From positions 1 through 44,825 of the forward strand of contig CALJUJ010000119.1 in assembly GCA_937975525.1 (NCBI GenBank): 44,825 nt of DNA, written 5' to 3'. This DNA comes from an uncultured bacterium. GTDB taxonomy: Bacteria > Desulfobacterota > Binatia > HRBIN30. The position numbers and the translations under genes were made by a program. Position 1 is the first letter of the stretch. Each line of letters begins with the position of its first letter. The notes beneath the pieces are model-generated. The model did not search any database, had not been told where the DNA came from, and was given only the letters and a program-made list of their open reading frames with translations. This document shows positions 37,292 through 44,825 of the stretch, piece by piece.

Positions 37292-38655
37292 GGGGGCGTG
37301 CGCTAGGTCGGGGCCGCCTCGTGAAGCGGCGCAACAAGGGCGGAACCGTCTACCTCGGCGATTGGACCGACGCGAGCGGCAAGCGCCGTCGCCAGGTGCT
37401 GTCGACCGACCGGCGTGTCGCCGAGCGTCGACTCGGAGACATCATCCGCAGGCGGGATCTCGAGATCGCTGGGCTCGGTCGCGAGGAATCGCATGACCGC
37501 CTGCTGGAGGAGGTTCGCCGACTCTACGAGTCCGACCTCGAGCCGAGAGTCAGCGCCGGACACCTCAGCAACCTGAAGGGGCGACTCAAGCGCGTGCTCG
37601 GCGGGCTCCGCGCCAGGCGAGTCTCTGAGCTGCAGACAAGCGACCTGCTCGAGTGGCGTCGCAAGCGCGTGGAAGACGGTGCGTCCAACCGGACGGCGAA
37701 CCTCGACGTGGCGGCCGTCCAGGGGATGCTGCGATGGGCGGTCGATTGCGACGTCATCGCATCGAACCCGCTGGCGAAGCTCAAGCGCCTGCCGCAGGGG
37801 CAGAAGCACCAGCGCTACCGTCGGCGCGCCCTGTCGGAAGCGGAGATCGAACGGTTCCTCACGGCCGCGATCGAGGATGACGCCGAGCAGGCGCGCCACG
37901 TGGCGGCAGAGCGCACGATCAAGAACGGCACGAAGGGAAGTCGCTACGCCGGCCGCGAGCGCTCGCATCGCGTTCCGCAGTATCCGCTCTGGCTCGCGCT
38001 CGTGGAGACTGGTGCCCGTTGGGGAGCCCTCAGCCAGACCGTCTGGCAGGACCTCGACGAGGGAGCCGCGACGCTTCGGCTGCGCGCGGAGACGGCGAAG
38101 TCCGGTCGCGAACAGACCAACCCCGTCCGCCAAGAGTTGGTCGATGAGCTCGTCGTGCTGCGAGAACTCCAGACCGAGCTACTCGGTGACGTGCCCGGGG
38201 ACGGCGATCGGATCTTCCTGACTCCGAGGGGCGAGCCGTGGGGCAAGCAGAGCCGCAACGCGATGCGTATCTTCGACCGGCTGCTCGACCGCGCCGAGCT
38301 CGAGAAGATCGACGCGTCGGGCCAGAAGCTCGACATCCACGCCCTGCGGCACACCTACGGAACGCGGCTCCTCCGTGCCGGCGTCGGCCTGCACCAGGTG
38401 CAGAAGCTCATGGGCCACAGCTCTCCCGAGCTGACGGCCAGGGTCTACGCGCACCTCGTGTCGGATGACCTGCGCGACGCAGTCGAACGGCTGCCTCGCG
38501 GCGGGGGCGGTGGCAGCCGTTCGCTGCGTCGCGGACTTCCTGGCACCAAATTGGCACACGGGAAGGGGAGCTTCGGGCGCGTCGCGCGTAAGTCCCTGGA
38601 AGGAATGGAGCGGGTGATCGGGATCGAACCGACGACATTCAGCTTGGGAAGCTGA
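37288..38655 (+). CDS. int: Tyrosine recombinase/integrase
   Basis: Catalytic region ETGARWGAL...HALRHTYGTRLLRAGVGLHQVQKLMGHSSPELTARVYAHL (R...HxxR...H...Y). Convergent with the tRNA, and the ORF tail runs through attR. Confidence 0.9.
   Translation: MRGRALGRGRLVKRRNKGGTVYLGDWTDASGKRRRQVLSTDRRVAERRLGDIIRRRDLEIAGLGREESHDRLLEEVRRLYESDLEPRVSAGHLSNLKGRLKRVLGGLRARRVSELQTSDLLEWRRKRVEDGASNRTANLDVAAVQGMLRWAVDCDVIASNPLAKLKRLPQGQKHQRYRRRALSEAEIERFLTAAIEDDAEQARHVAAERTIKNGTKGSRYAGRERSHRVPQYPLWLALVETGARWGALSQTVWQDLDEGAATLRLRAETAKSGREQTNPVRQELVDELVVLRELQTELLGDVPGDGDRIFLTPRGEPWGKQSRNAMRIFDRLLDRAELEKIDASGQKLDIHALRHTYGTRLLRAGVGLHQVQKLMGHSSPELTARVYAHLVSDDLRDAVERLPRGGGGGSRSLRRGLPGTKLAHGKGSFGRVARKSLEGMERVIGIEPTTFSLGS
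38541..38560 (+). promoter_or_regulatory. Arm-type repeat TGGCACCAAATTGGCACACG (right arm)
   Basis: 19/20 identical to 1836-1855 and in the same orientation, 43 bp inside attR. Confidence 0.5.
38603..38650 (-). repeat. attR core (within the intact tRNA-Gly)
   Basis: 48-bp perfect match to 1644-1691. Covers the tRNA from the anticodon loop to CCA, plus 3 nt. Confidence 0.85.
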
Positions 38656-38680
38656 CGTTCTACCACTGAACTACACCCGC
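38606..38680 (-). tRNA. tRNA-Gly (anticodon CCC), CCA encoded
   Basis: Folded by hand: acceptor GCGGGTG/CACCCGC, D stem GTTC/GAAC, anticodon stem TCAGC/GCTGA with loop TTCCCAA, T stem GTCGG/CCGAT with loop TTCGATC, discriminator T, then CCA. 75 nt. Confidence 0.9.
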
Positions 38681-38746
38681 TCACGGGTAGCAGCCAGTCC
38701 CGCGATACTCCCTGCCGCGCCCCGACCCGTCAAGCTCGGCGCGCCG

Positions 38747-39847
38747 CTACTGGAACTCGAAGCGCCACACGTGCGCGAGGTGCACCGTCAGGTTGCCCTG
38801 CGCTTCGCTCGGGTCGCCTTCGCACAGCGCCATGTCGAGCGTCGGCACCGAGGCGGCGACGGTCCACTCGATGGCGTTGCTGGTCGCCATCTGCGACCAC
38901 TCGAGCCACTGCGTGGTCATCGTGACGCCGAGCGCGGACGGGTCGCCGGGCAGCTTGAGTTCGATGTCGGCGCGGCCGCCGCGGTCGACGAGCGCCGGGT
39001 GCGGGTCGGGCAGCAGCACGGTCGCGAGCAGGCCGTCGACGGTCGCGAGGTGCAGGTCGCAGCCGGTCGGCGCGGGCAGGCCGAGCAGGCTCAGCGGCAC
39101 GCCGGCGGCGCTGCGGGTGCCGAATGCGGCGATGGCGAGCGACATCGGGGGTCCGTAGGCGAAGAAGTGCGCGTAGGCGCCGGGCAGCAGGCTTCGGGGC
39201 TCGACGTAGGACCATTCGCGCGCGGGTCCGCCGTAGGCGCCGCAGCCACCGCCGAGGTCGGTGGTCATGCCCTGCAGGTCCTCGAACTCGGCGTCGGCCA
39301 TCCACCAGTTGGCCTCCTGGCCGGGGACGGCCTGGCCGAGCACGTCGATGCACAGGGTGCCGCCGTTGTAGACGAACGGCGTCGTCAGCGGGATGCGCAC
39401 GACGTTGTTCTGGGTCCATGCGACCGGGCTGCCGGCGCCGCCGGCGATCGGCGGCGACGTCGGGAAGGCGACCGGGCCGCTGAACACCTGCACGGTCGTG
39501 GTTCCGGCATTGGCGGCGAACGTCGACGACGCCCCGAGGGGGGTGTTGGGGGAGATCGACAGGGTCACCGTCAGGTCCGCGGTGCCGCCGTCGTAGGTCT
39601 CGTTCGCGGCCGTGCGGCGCAGCTCGAGCGCGGTCAGCGTGCGGCCGACGAGGGGTGTGAGGTGGCCGGCGCCGATCAGGGTCTGCTGGCGCACGTCGCG
39701 GCTCGCGCCGGCGATCCAGTTGTAGCTGACGGCGTCGGCCGTCGCGTAGCCCGCCGGCACGACGAGGTGCTGCTGCGCCGGTGCCGCGAACGGCAGCGCC
39801 AGCACGGCTGCGGCGAACGGGAGGCAGCTAGGCGGGTTCGGGTGCAT
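38747..39847 (-). CDS. Secreted hypothetical protein
   Basis: Signal peptide MHPNPPSCLPFAAAVLALPFAAPAQQ. Protein-like 366-aa frame. Its C-terminal module resembles the tails of 41494-42885 and of the MCO at 22571. Confidence 0.6.
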   Translation of the reverse strand: MHPNPPSCLPFAAAVLALPFAAPAQQHLVVPAGYATADAVSYNWIAGASRDVRQQTLIGAGHLTPLVGRTLTALELRRTAANETYDGGTADLTVTLSISPNTPLGASSTFAANAGTTTVQVFSGPVAFPTSPPIAGGAGSPVAWTQNNVVRIPLTTPFVYNGGTLCIDVLGQAVPGQEANWWMADAEFEDLQGMTTDLGGGCGAYGGPAREWSYVEPRSLLPGAYAHFFAYGPPMSLAIAAFGTRSAAGVPLSLLGLPAPTGCDLHLATVDGLLATVLLPDPHPALVDRGGRADIELKLPGDPSALGVTMTTQWLEWSQMATSNAIEWTVAASVPTLDMALCEGDPSEAQGNLTVHLAHVWRFEFQ

Positions 39848-39886
39848 GGTGGTCTCGTTGGGTTGGTTCGTTTAGACGTGGCTGCG

Positions 39887-40093
39887 TCAGGGGCCGGTCG
39901 AGACGACCTCGACGAGGATCAGGCGCCTTCGTGCGCCCTTGCCGACCGTGACTTCGATGATCGTTCCGGCCGGCACGGACGGCACAGGAAGCGTGGCGGT
40001 CTTGCCAGGAGCAACGGGGTGACTGGTGACGGCGCCGTTGGCTCCATCGCCGACCGTGACGGTGGTCTCGTTCGGGCCGACTTCGACCTGCAT
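39887..40093 (-). CDS. Small beta-rich hypothetical protein (68 aa)
   Basis: MQVEVGPNETTVTVGDGANGAVTSHPVAPGKTATLPVPSVPAGTIIEVTVGKG. Weak AAGGTGG SD. Lies downstream of 40147-40620. Confidence 0.35.
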   Translation of the reverse strand: MQVEVGPNETTVTVGDGANGAVTSHPVAPGKTATLPVPSVPAGTIIEVTVGKGARRRLILVEVVSTGP

Positions 40094-40146
40094 CGTGCCA
40101 CCTTGCACGACGACGCCGCCCGTCCGAATGCCTTCGCCGTGTTGCG

Positions 40147-40620
40147 TCACCGGACCTTGCGCAGCTCCGGGACGCGGTGGACGAAGGAACGGGTGACGGT
40201 CGGGTTGGCCTTCTCGATGACTTGCGCAACCCAGCGCGAGAAGATGCGGCGATCCGGAAGGTTGGAGTCCGTCAGCGCAACCTCGGCCAGTCGCTCGACA
40301 CCGCGCCAAGCAACGACGTCGTTTGGATAGGTGGTGTACAGGTGGTTCAAGAAGTCGAGACGCTTCGCGACGAGTTCCTCGATCGGCGCCGTCGTTGCCA
40401 ATCGCCGCAGCTCGTCGAGCAGCGCGTCGCCCGACGACTCGGGCGTCTCCTCACTCGCCTTCCCACCCCCCTCCTGCCCAACCCCAACCGCATACCCCCC
40501 AACCCCACCACAAGCCGCCCCGACCACGAACGCCCCGCCGGCGAACAGGAACCCGCGCCGCGGCGCAACGGACCTCGGCGCCCGCGTGGGCGCCAACAGG
40601 TAGACGGGCTCGAGTCGCAT
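40147..40620 (-). CDS. Hypothetical protein with a Tat-like/TM N-terminus
   Basis: APRRGFLFAGGAFVVGAACGG followed by a helical domain. No family recognised. Confidence 0.5.
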   Translation of the reverse strand: MRLEPVYLLAPTRAPRSVAPRRGFLFAGGAFVVGAACGGVGGYAVGVGQEGGGKASEETPESSGDALLDELRRLATTAPIEELVAKRLDFLNHLYTTYPNDVVAWRGVERLAEVALTDSNLPDRRIFSRWVAQVIEKANPTVTRSFVHRVPELRKVR

Positions 40621-40745
40621 GGTCCTTCCCGGGTGCTGGCGGCAGCCGGACGCGCGCGGCCGGGAGGTGGGTAGGGAGATCTTCCGGGGCTGTGTGGGGC
40701 CCCGTCAAGCGCCGAGGGCGTCGGCGGCGCCTCTAGCATGCCTGC

Positions 40746-41309
40746 ATGCGCCGTCCCGGCTCCACCGCCTTCGACCTCTCCGAGGCGACCGCGCTGCTCG
40801 CGCGCACGCCGCCCTTGCTCGACGCCTGGCTGCGCGACCTGCCCGACGCCTGGCTCCGCTGCGACGAAGGGCCCGACACGTGGAACCCCACCGACGTGCT
40901 CGGCCACCTGCTCGAGGGCGAACGGCACGACTGGCTTCCGCGCGTGCAGCACGTGCTCGCGCACGGCGACGCCACACCGTTTCCGCCGTTCGACCGGTTC
41001 GCGCAGCTGCGGCGCGGACCGATCCCGCTCGGCGAGCTGCTGGACGCGTTCGCGGTGGCGCGGCGCGCGAGCCTCGCGCAGCTCGCGGCGCTGCAGCTCA
41101 CCCCGGCCGATCTGGACCGGCGCGGCCGCCACCCCGAATTCGGCGTGGTCACGCTGCGCGAGCACCTGGCGACGTGGGTCGCGCACGACCTGACGCACGT
41201 GACCCAGATCGCGCGCGTCTGGGCCGGCCGCTACGCCGCGGCCGTCGGGCCGTGGCGCGCGTATCTGCGGGTGGTGCAACAGGCAAGCGACGTGCACCGC
41301 GGCGCGTAG
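40746..41309 (+). CDS. DinB-superfamily protein
   Basis: WNPTDVLGHLLEGERHDW...EHLATWVAHDLTHVTQI shows the His triad spacing typical of DinB/YfiT-like four-helix bundles. Confidence 0.75.
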   Translation: MRRPGSTAFDLSEATALLARTPPLLDAWLRDLPDAWLRCDEGPDTWNPTDVLGHLLEGERHDWLPRVQHVLAHGDATPFPPFDRFAQLRRGPIPLGELLDAFAVARRASLAQLAALQLTPADLDRRGRHPEFGVVTLREHLATWVAHDLTHVTQIARVWAGRYAAAVGPWRAYLRVVQQASDVHRGA

Positions 41310-41493
41310 GCGCGCGCGGCGGAGGGGGCGGGGGCGAGCGGTCCGGTACGTGCTGCAGCGCTTCGGGACGAACGCGAGACGATCGAATCAGGGAAAACCC
41401 GGACGGGGTCGGGTCCGGAAGGGCGCATGTTGGTCGTGGGCGTCGGCGGGATGCGGCGCCCGATTTCCCTTCTCGTCACTCCATGGTCCAGCC

Positions 41494-42885
41494 ATGCACC
41501 TCTCGTTCCCCCTCTCGTCTCTCTCCGCGCGCGGCTGCCCGCTCGCGTGTCTGGCCGCCCTGGCCGCCTCGGCGACGGCCCAGATCGAGCCCAACCAGGT
41601 CGTCGTCTCCCGCTTCCAGGGCGGCGGCGGGTCGGCGCCGCTCGGCGGCCTGTCGGTCTTCGACCTCGCCAACCCCGGCAGCGGCGTCGAGATCACCGGG
41701 CTTTCGCCCGACCTGACCGGCAGCACCAGCGGCTCGGGCAACGTCGAGGGCTCGGCGTCGGTGCTCGTCGACCGGCGCACCGGGTTCCTGGTCGTCGGCG
41801 AGCACGCGCTGCCGGGCGCCGACACCGAGATCCACGTGCTCTACCTGACCGGGACCACGGTGGCGCAGGACGACGCCTACAAGCTGGGCTCGGCGCCGAC
41901 CGGCGGCGGCTGGGTCGACCAGATGGCGTGGCTCGGCGACGACGTCGTGTTCTCGGTCCGCGGCCGCGCCCTGACGACCGGCGTGATGACCGGACACCTG
42001 GTCGGCGTGCTGCGCCCGCAGGTCGGTCCGCCGGGTTCGCCCGGCACCGTGACGCCGGTGCCGATGAACCCGCTTCCCGTCGGCTCCGTCAACGCGCTCG
42101 CGGTCGACGAAGCCTCGGGCACCGCCTACTTCGCGATGTTCCAGGGCGGCGGCGTGCCGAACGAGATCTACAGCGTGCCGGTGCCCGGCGACGGCGTGAC
42201 GCCGGCGACCCCGACGCTGGTCGCGACGGTGGCGAACGGCGTCCTCAACCTCGGCATGGACGGCGAAGGGCAGCTGCTGGTCGGCGCGATCGGCGCGCTC
42301 CTGCGCGTCGACGTGACCCAGTCGCCGGCGACGGTGACGACGCTGCAGCCGATCGCCGACGTCAACGCGCTCAGCGTCGAGAACACCAGCGGCGACGTCG
42401 TGATCGCCGTGTCGGGGACGGGCACGATCTACACCTGGCAGCCGGGCCCGTCGTTCGTCACCCTCGGCAACGTCGCCGGCGGCGCCTCGGGCATCGCGAT
42501 CCGCCAGAGCCTGATCCCGTACGGCCCGGCCACGCCCGGCCAGAACAGCTACGACTGGGTGCTGGCGCCCAACGCCGGCGGCGCGCCGACGGTCGGCAAC
42601 CTCGGCTTCGGCATGACGGTCGCGATGTCGCCCGGCGGCGCGCTCGGCATCGCCGGCCTCGCCCTCGGCGAGACGCAGCTGCCGGTGCTCGGCGTGACGC
42701 TGCTGCTCGAGCCGGCCACGCTGGTGCTGACCGAAGCGCTGCTGCCGGCGGCGCAGGCGACGGTCTCGCTGCCGATCCCGAGCAGCACGGCCAACATCGG
42801 CCTCGTGGTCTACGCGCAGACGTTCTTCCTCGAGGCCGCGGGGCTCGCGTCGTCGCGCGCGCTGCAGGTCACGATCCTGCCCTGA
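41494..42885 (+). CDS. Secreted repeat (beta-propeller-like) hypothetical protein
   Basis: Start at MHLSFPLSSLSARGCPLACLAALAASATAQ (signal peptide). 463 aa, Gly/Val/Thr-rich. Confidence 0.6.
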   Translation: MHLSFPLSSLSARGCPLACLAALAASATAQIEPNQVVVSRFQGGGGSAPLGGLSVFDLANPGSGVEITGLSPDLTGSTSGSGNVEGSASVLVDRRTGFLVVGEHALPGADTEIHVLYLTGTTVAQDDAYKLGSAPTGGGWVDQMAWLGDDVVFSVRGRALTTGVMTGHLVGVLRPQVGPPGSPGTVTPVPMNPLPVGSVNALAVDEASGTAYFAMFQGGGVPNEIYSVPVPGDGVTPATPTLVATVANGVLNLGMDGEGQLLVGAIGALLRVDVTQSPATVTTLQPIADVNALSVENTSGDVVIAVSGTGTIYTWQPGPSFVTLGNVAGGASGIAIRQSLIPYGPATPGQNSYDWVLAPNAGGAPTVGNLGFGMTVAMSPGGALGIAGLALGETQLPVLGVTLLLEPATLVLTEALLPAAQATVSLPIPSSTANIGLVVYAQTFFLEAAGLASSRALQVTILP

Positions 42886-43033
42886 CCGGGCTCGGGCGGG
42901 CCCCGCACGGCCCGCCGGCCCCGGTCCCGCCGCCGGCCGCCCGGGAGGGAGCTGGCGCCGTATCCGACGGCCATTGCTAGGCTTGGCCTCGACCTCCGCG
43001 GTCGGGCCCGCCGGCGAGGGCGGGCCGGATTCC

Positions 43034-43089
43034 CCGACAAATTCAATTGTCGGCAGCTTGACGGCGCCGCCGACAACTGTATTTGTCGG
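43034..43089. promoter_or_regulatory. Twin inverted repeats CCGACAA-N6-TTGTCGG (43034-43053 and 43070-43089) flanking a TTGACG -35-like hexamer
   Basis: Two copies of the same 7-6-7 palindrome 36 bp apart, 30-85 nt upstream of the SRPBCC/ArsR-like operon. Confidence 0.5.
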
Positions 43090-43120
43090 TTGGTCCCCGT
43101 CCTTCCCGAGGAGCCATGAG

Positions 43121-43933
43121 ATGACCGACCGCCAGTTCGAGATGTCCCTGACCATCGAAGCCCCGCGCGATGCCGTCTGGCAGGCGCTGACCGATGCGGC
43201 GCACCTGACCCGCTGGTTCGCACCCGAGGCCGTGTGCGAACCGAGGGTCGGCGGCCGCATGGTCTGGCGGTGGGGCGCGCAGCACTGCTGGGAGCAGCGC
43301 ATCGACGCGCTCGCGCCCGGCGAGCACCTGCGCACGCGCTACGACTCGGCCGTAGCCGACGGCGCCGGCGGCCGGCGGCCGCTGTTCGTCGACTTCCACC
43401 TGAGCGGCACCGGCGGCACGACGTCGCTGCGGCTGGTGCACTCGGGCTTCGGGCCCGAGGCCGCCTCCACCCCCGCGGTCGCCGGCATCCGCTCGGGCTG
43501 GCCGGTCCAGCTGAGCAGCCGGCGCCTCGCCCTCGAGCGACACCCGGGGCGCGAACGGCAGCTCGCGTGGGGCGTCGCGCGCACGTCGCTGCCGGCCGAC
43601 GCCGCCTGGCGGCAGCTCTGCGAACGCATGGACGTCGCCTCGCTGCCGGCTCTGCGCGAGGGCGCGCCGTTCGCGGTCGACGTGCCGGGTGCCGGCCCGA
43701 TCCGCGGCACCGCGCTGGTCGGTCCGTCGACGCGCGAGTTCTCCGGCGTCGCGGCCAACCTCGACGACGGCTGGTTCCGCGTGCACTGCGAGGAGTGGGC
43801 CGGCGCCACCCAGGTGTGGCTGTGGCCACGGGTGTACACAGGTCCGGGCCGGCGCCGCGACGAGTTCCAGCGCGCGTTCGACGCGCTGCTCGCCGAGCGG
43901 TTCGCCGGCGCGCCGGCAGCGGAGGGCGCGTGA
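43121..43933 (+). CDS. SRPBCC/AHSA1-domain protein
   Basis: FEMSLTIEAPRDAVWQALTDAAHLTRWFAPE is the typical START/AHSA1 N-terminus. GAGGAG SD upstream. Confidence 0.7.
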   Translation: MTDRQFEMSLTIEAPRDAVWQALTDAAHLTRWFAPEAVCEPRVGGRMVWRWGAQHCWEQRIDALAPGEHLRTRYDSAVADGAGGRRPLFVDFHLSGTGGTTSLRLVHSGFGPEAASTPAVAGIRSGWPVQLSSRRLALERHPGRERQLAWGVARTSLPADAAWRQLCERMDVASLPALREGAPFAVDVPGAGPIRGTALVGPSTREFSGVAANLDDGWFRVHCEEWAGATQVWLWPRVYTGPGRRRDEFQRAFDALLAERFAGAPAAEGA

Positions 43934-44562
43934 GCGGCGAAGCGGTCGCCGTGATCGACGACGTCGAACGCGCGCAGGCGCTGCTCGACCCGACCCGGCA
44001 GCGCATCCTGCAGAGCCTCGCGGAGCCGGACTCGGCGGCGGGGCTCGCGGCCAGGCTCGGGCTGCCGCGCCAGCGGCTCAACTACCACCTGCACGCGCTC
44101 GCGAAGCAGGGCCTGGTCGAGGTCGTGCGCCACAAGCAGCGCGGCAGCGTCAGCGAGCGCGTCTACCGCCGCACCAGCGACAGCTGGGCGATCTCGGTCG
44201 ACGTGCTCGGCGCGCTCGGCGCCCGGCCGGAGCTGGTGCAGGACCGGTTCTCGTCCGGCTACCAGGTCGCGGTCGCGAGCCGCGCGATCGCCGAGCTCGC
44301 GGCGCTGCGCGCGGGCGCCGCGGCGGCCGCGCAGGCGCTGCCGACTTTGACGATCGAGGTCGACGTGCGCTTCGCCGACGCCGCCGCGCGCAGCGCGTTC
44401 GCGGCGGAGCTGTCGGACGCCCTCGCGGCGATCGCGCGCAAGTACCACGACGAGCTCGCGGCGAGCGGGCGCACGTTCCGTCTGTATCTCGGCGCGTATC
44501 CGAAGCCCAAGGGGTCGCCGCCGTCCGGTCCCGAGGTCGCCGGGGGGTCGGCGGCCGGCTGA
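43930..44562 (+). CDS. ArsR-family winged-helix regulator with a C-terminal extension
   Basis: ALLDPTRQRILQSLAEPDSAAGLAARLGLPRQRLNYHLHALAKQGLV. GTG 43930 overlaps the upstream TGA (GTGA). Confidence 0.7.
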   Translation: MSGEAVAVIDDVERAQALLDPTRQRILQSLAEPDSAAGLAARLGLPRQRLNYHLHALAKQGLVEVVRHKQRGSVSERVYRRTSDSWAISVDVLGALGARPELVQDRFSSGYQVAVASRAIAELAALRAGAAAAAQALPTLTIEVDVRFADAAARSAFAAELSDALAAIARKYHDELAASGRTFRLYLGAYPKPKGSPPSGPEVAGGSAAG

Positions 44563-44673
44563 CGATCGGCGTCGCGGCAGCGCCGGCGGACCCGGCGTTC
44601 GGGCCCCGGCGGGCGAACGGCTGCGCGCCCGGCGCCGCGCGCCGCACCGCATCGACGCCGGCGCCCCCCGCGA

Positions 44674-44825
44674 TCACTGGAACGTGCCGACGAACCCGAC
44701 CACGCGCCCGTAGTAGCCGGTCGGCGACAACGCGCAGGTCGTCTGCGCGGCGTAGCTCGACCGATGCACCCTCTGCGCGGGGCCCGGCGGCGGCACGGTC
44801 GCGCCGATGCGGACCTGCCACGCGT
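44674..44825 (-). CDS. Possible 3' end of a gene continuing beyond the window
   Basis: Frame ends ...SPTGYYGRVVGFVGTFQ-TGA (44676-44674). An aromatic-rich terminus of this kind occurs in beta-barrel proteins. Too short to judge. Confidence 0.2.
   Translation of the reverse strand, partial: AWQVRIGATVPPPGPAQRVHRSSYAAQTTCALSPTGYYGRVVGFVGTFQ

Noticed and set aside
41476-44081. Long minus-strand ORFs 41476..43335 and 42810..44081
   Set aside because: They are antisense to the secreted protein and the SRPBCC gene. They have extreme Arg/Ala/Pro content and no motifs, so they are GC-driven shadow ORFs. The same applies to 38771..40330 (+), 7527..9395 (-), 48..1316 (+), 40347..41297 (-), 43339..44652 (-) and 44150..44821 (-).

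Overview
High-GC bacterial chromosomal window; two 60-nt lines counted by hand give 60% GC at 28861 and 80% at 42001. All functional calls come from reading motifs by eye, and no database search was run.

The dominant structure is a ~37.0 kb integrative genomic island (1644-38650) inserted into the 3' half of a tRNA-Gly(CCC) gene. The intact tRNA (38606-38680, minus strand) abuts an excisionase/tyrosine-integrase pair. A perfect 48-bp copy of the tRNA 3' half (anticodon loop to CCA plus 3 nt) recurs at 1644-1691.

Part 1 of the island (1.9-28.5 kb) is a dense copper/heavy-metal module:
- a cusCBA-type HME-RND pump with unusually long CusA and CusB;
- three multicopper oxidases: one fused to a CopB-like barrel, one Tat-exported, one with a C-terminal extension;
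- a P1B ATPase, a TolC-like outer-membrane factor, TRASH-like Cys proteins and an ArsR/SmtB repressor;
- a CorE-like ECF sigma factor with a Cys-rich tail;
- a sensor kinase plus sigma54-activator pair, with three exact GGCAC-N5-TTGC promoters and one near match, all in intergenic gaps next to metal or regulatory genes.

Part 2 (28.7-38.6 kb) is a visibly lower-GC accessory and mobility part. It holds the best candidate for an undescribed system: a three-gene operon encoding an M41 (FtsH)-like Zn peptidase, a PIN-GNAT-ASCH triple-domain protein and a stand-alone ASCH protein. Next to it lie a ~1.45 kb ORF-poor, hairpin-dense stretch, a DUF5131 three-Cys protein and an orphan ClpX-like unfoldase without a zinc finger.

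Other notable points:
- an HMA lipoprotein whose first CxxC cysteine codon is an in-frame TGA followed by a hairpin (selenocysteine candidate or recent pseudogene);
- a LOG-family gene translationally coupled to cusA, followed by an ATP-synthase-epsilon-like gene with a CGCGCHAC tail;
- a frameshifted HepT toxin next to an intact MntA in the left flank.

No CRISPR array, rRNA, transposase or conjugation genes were seen.
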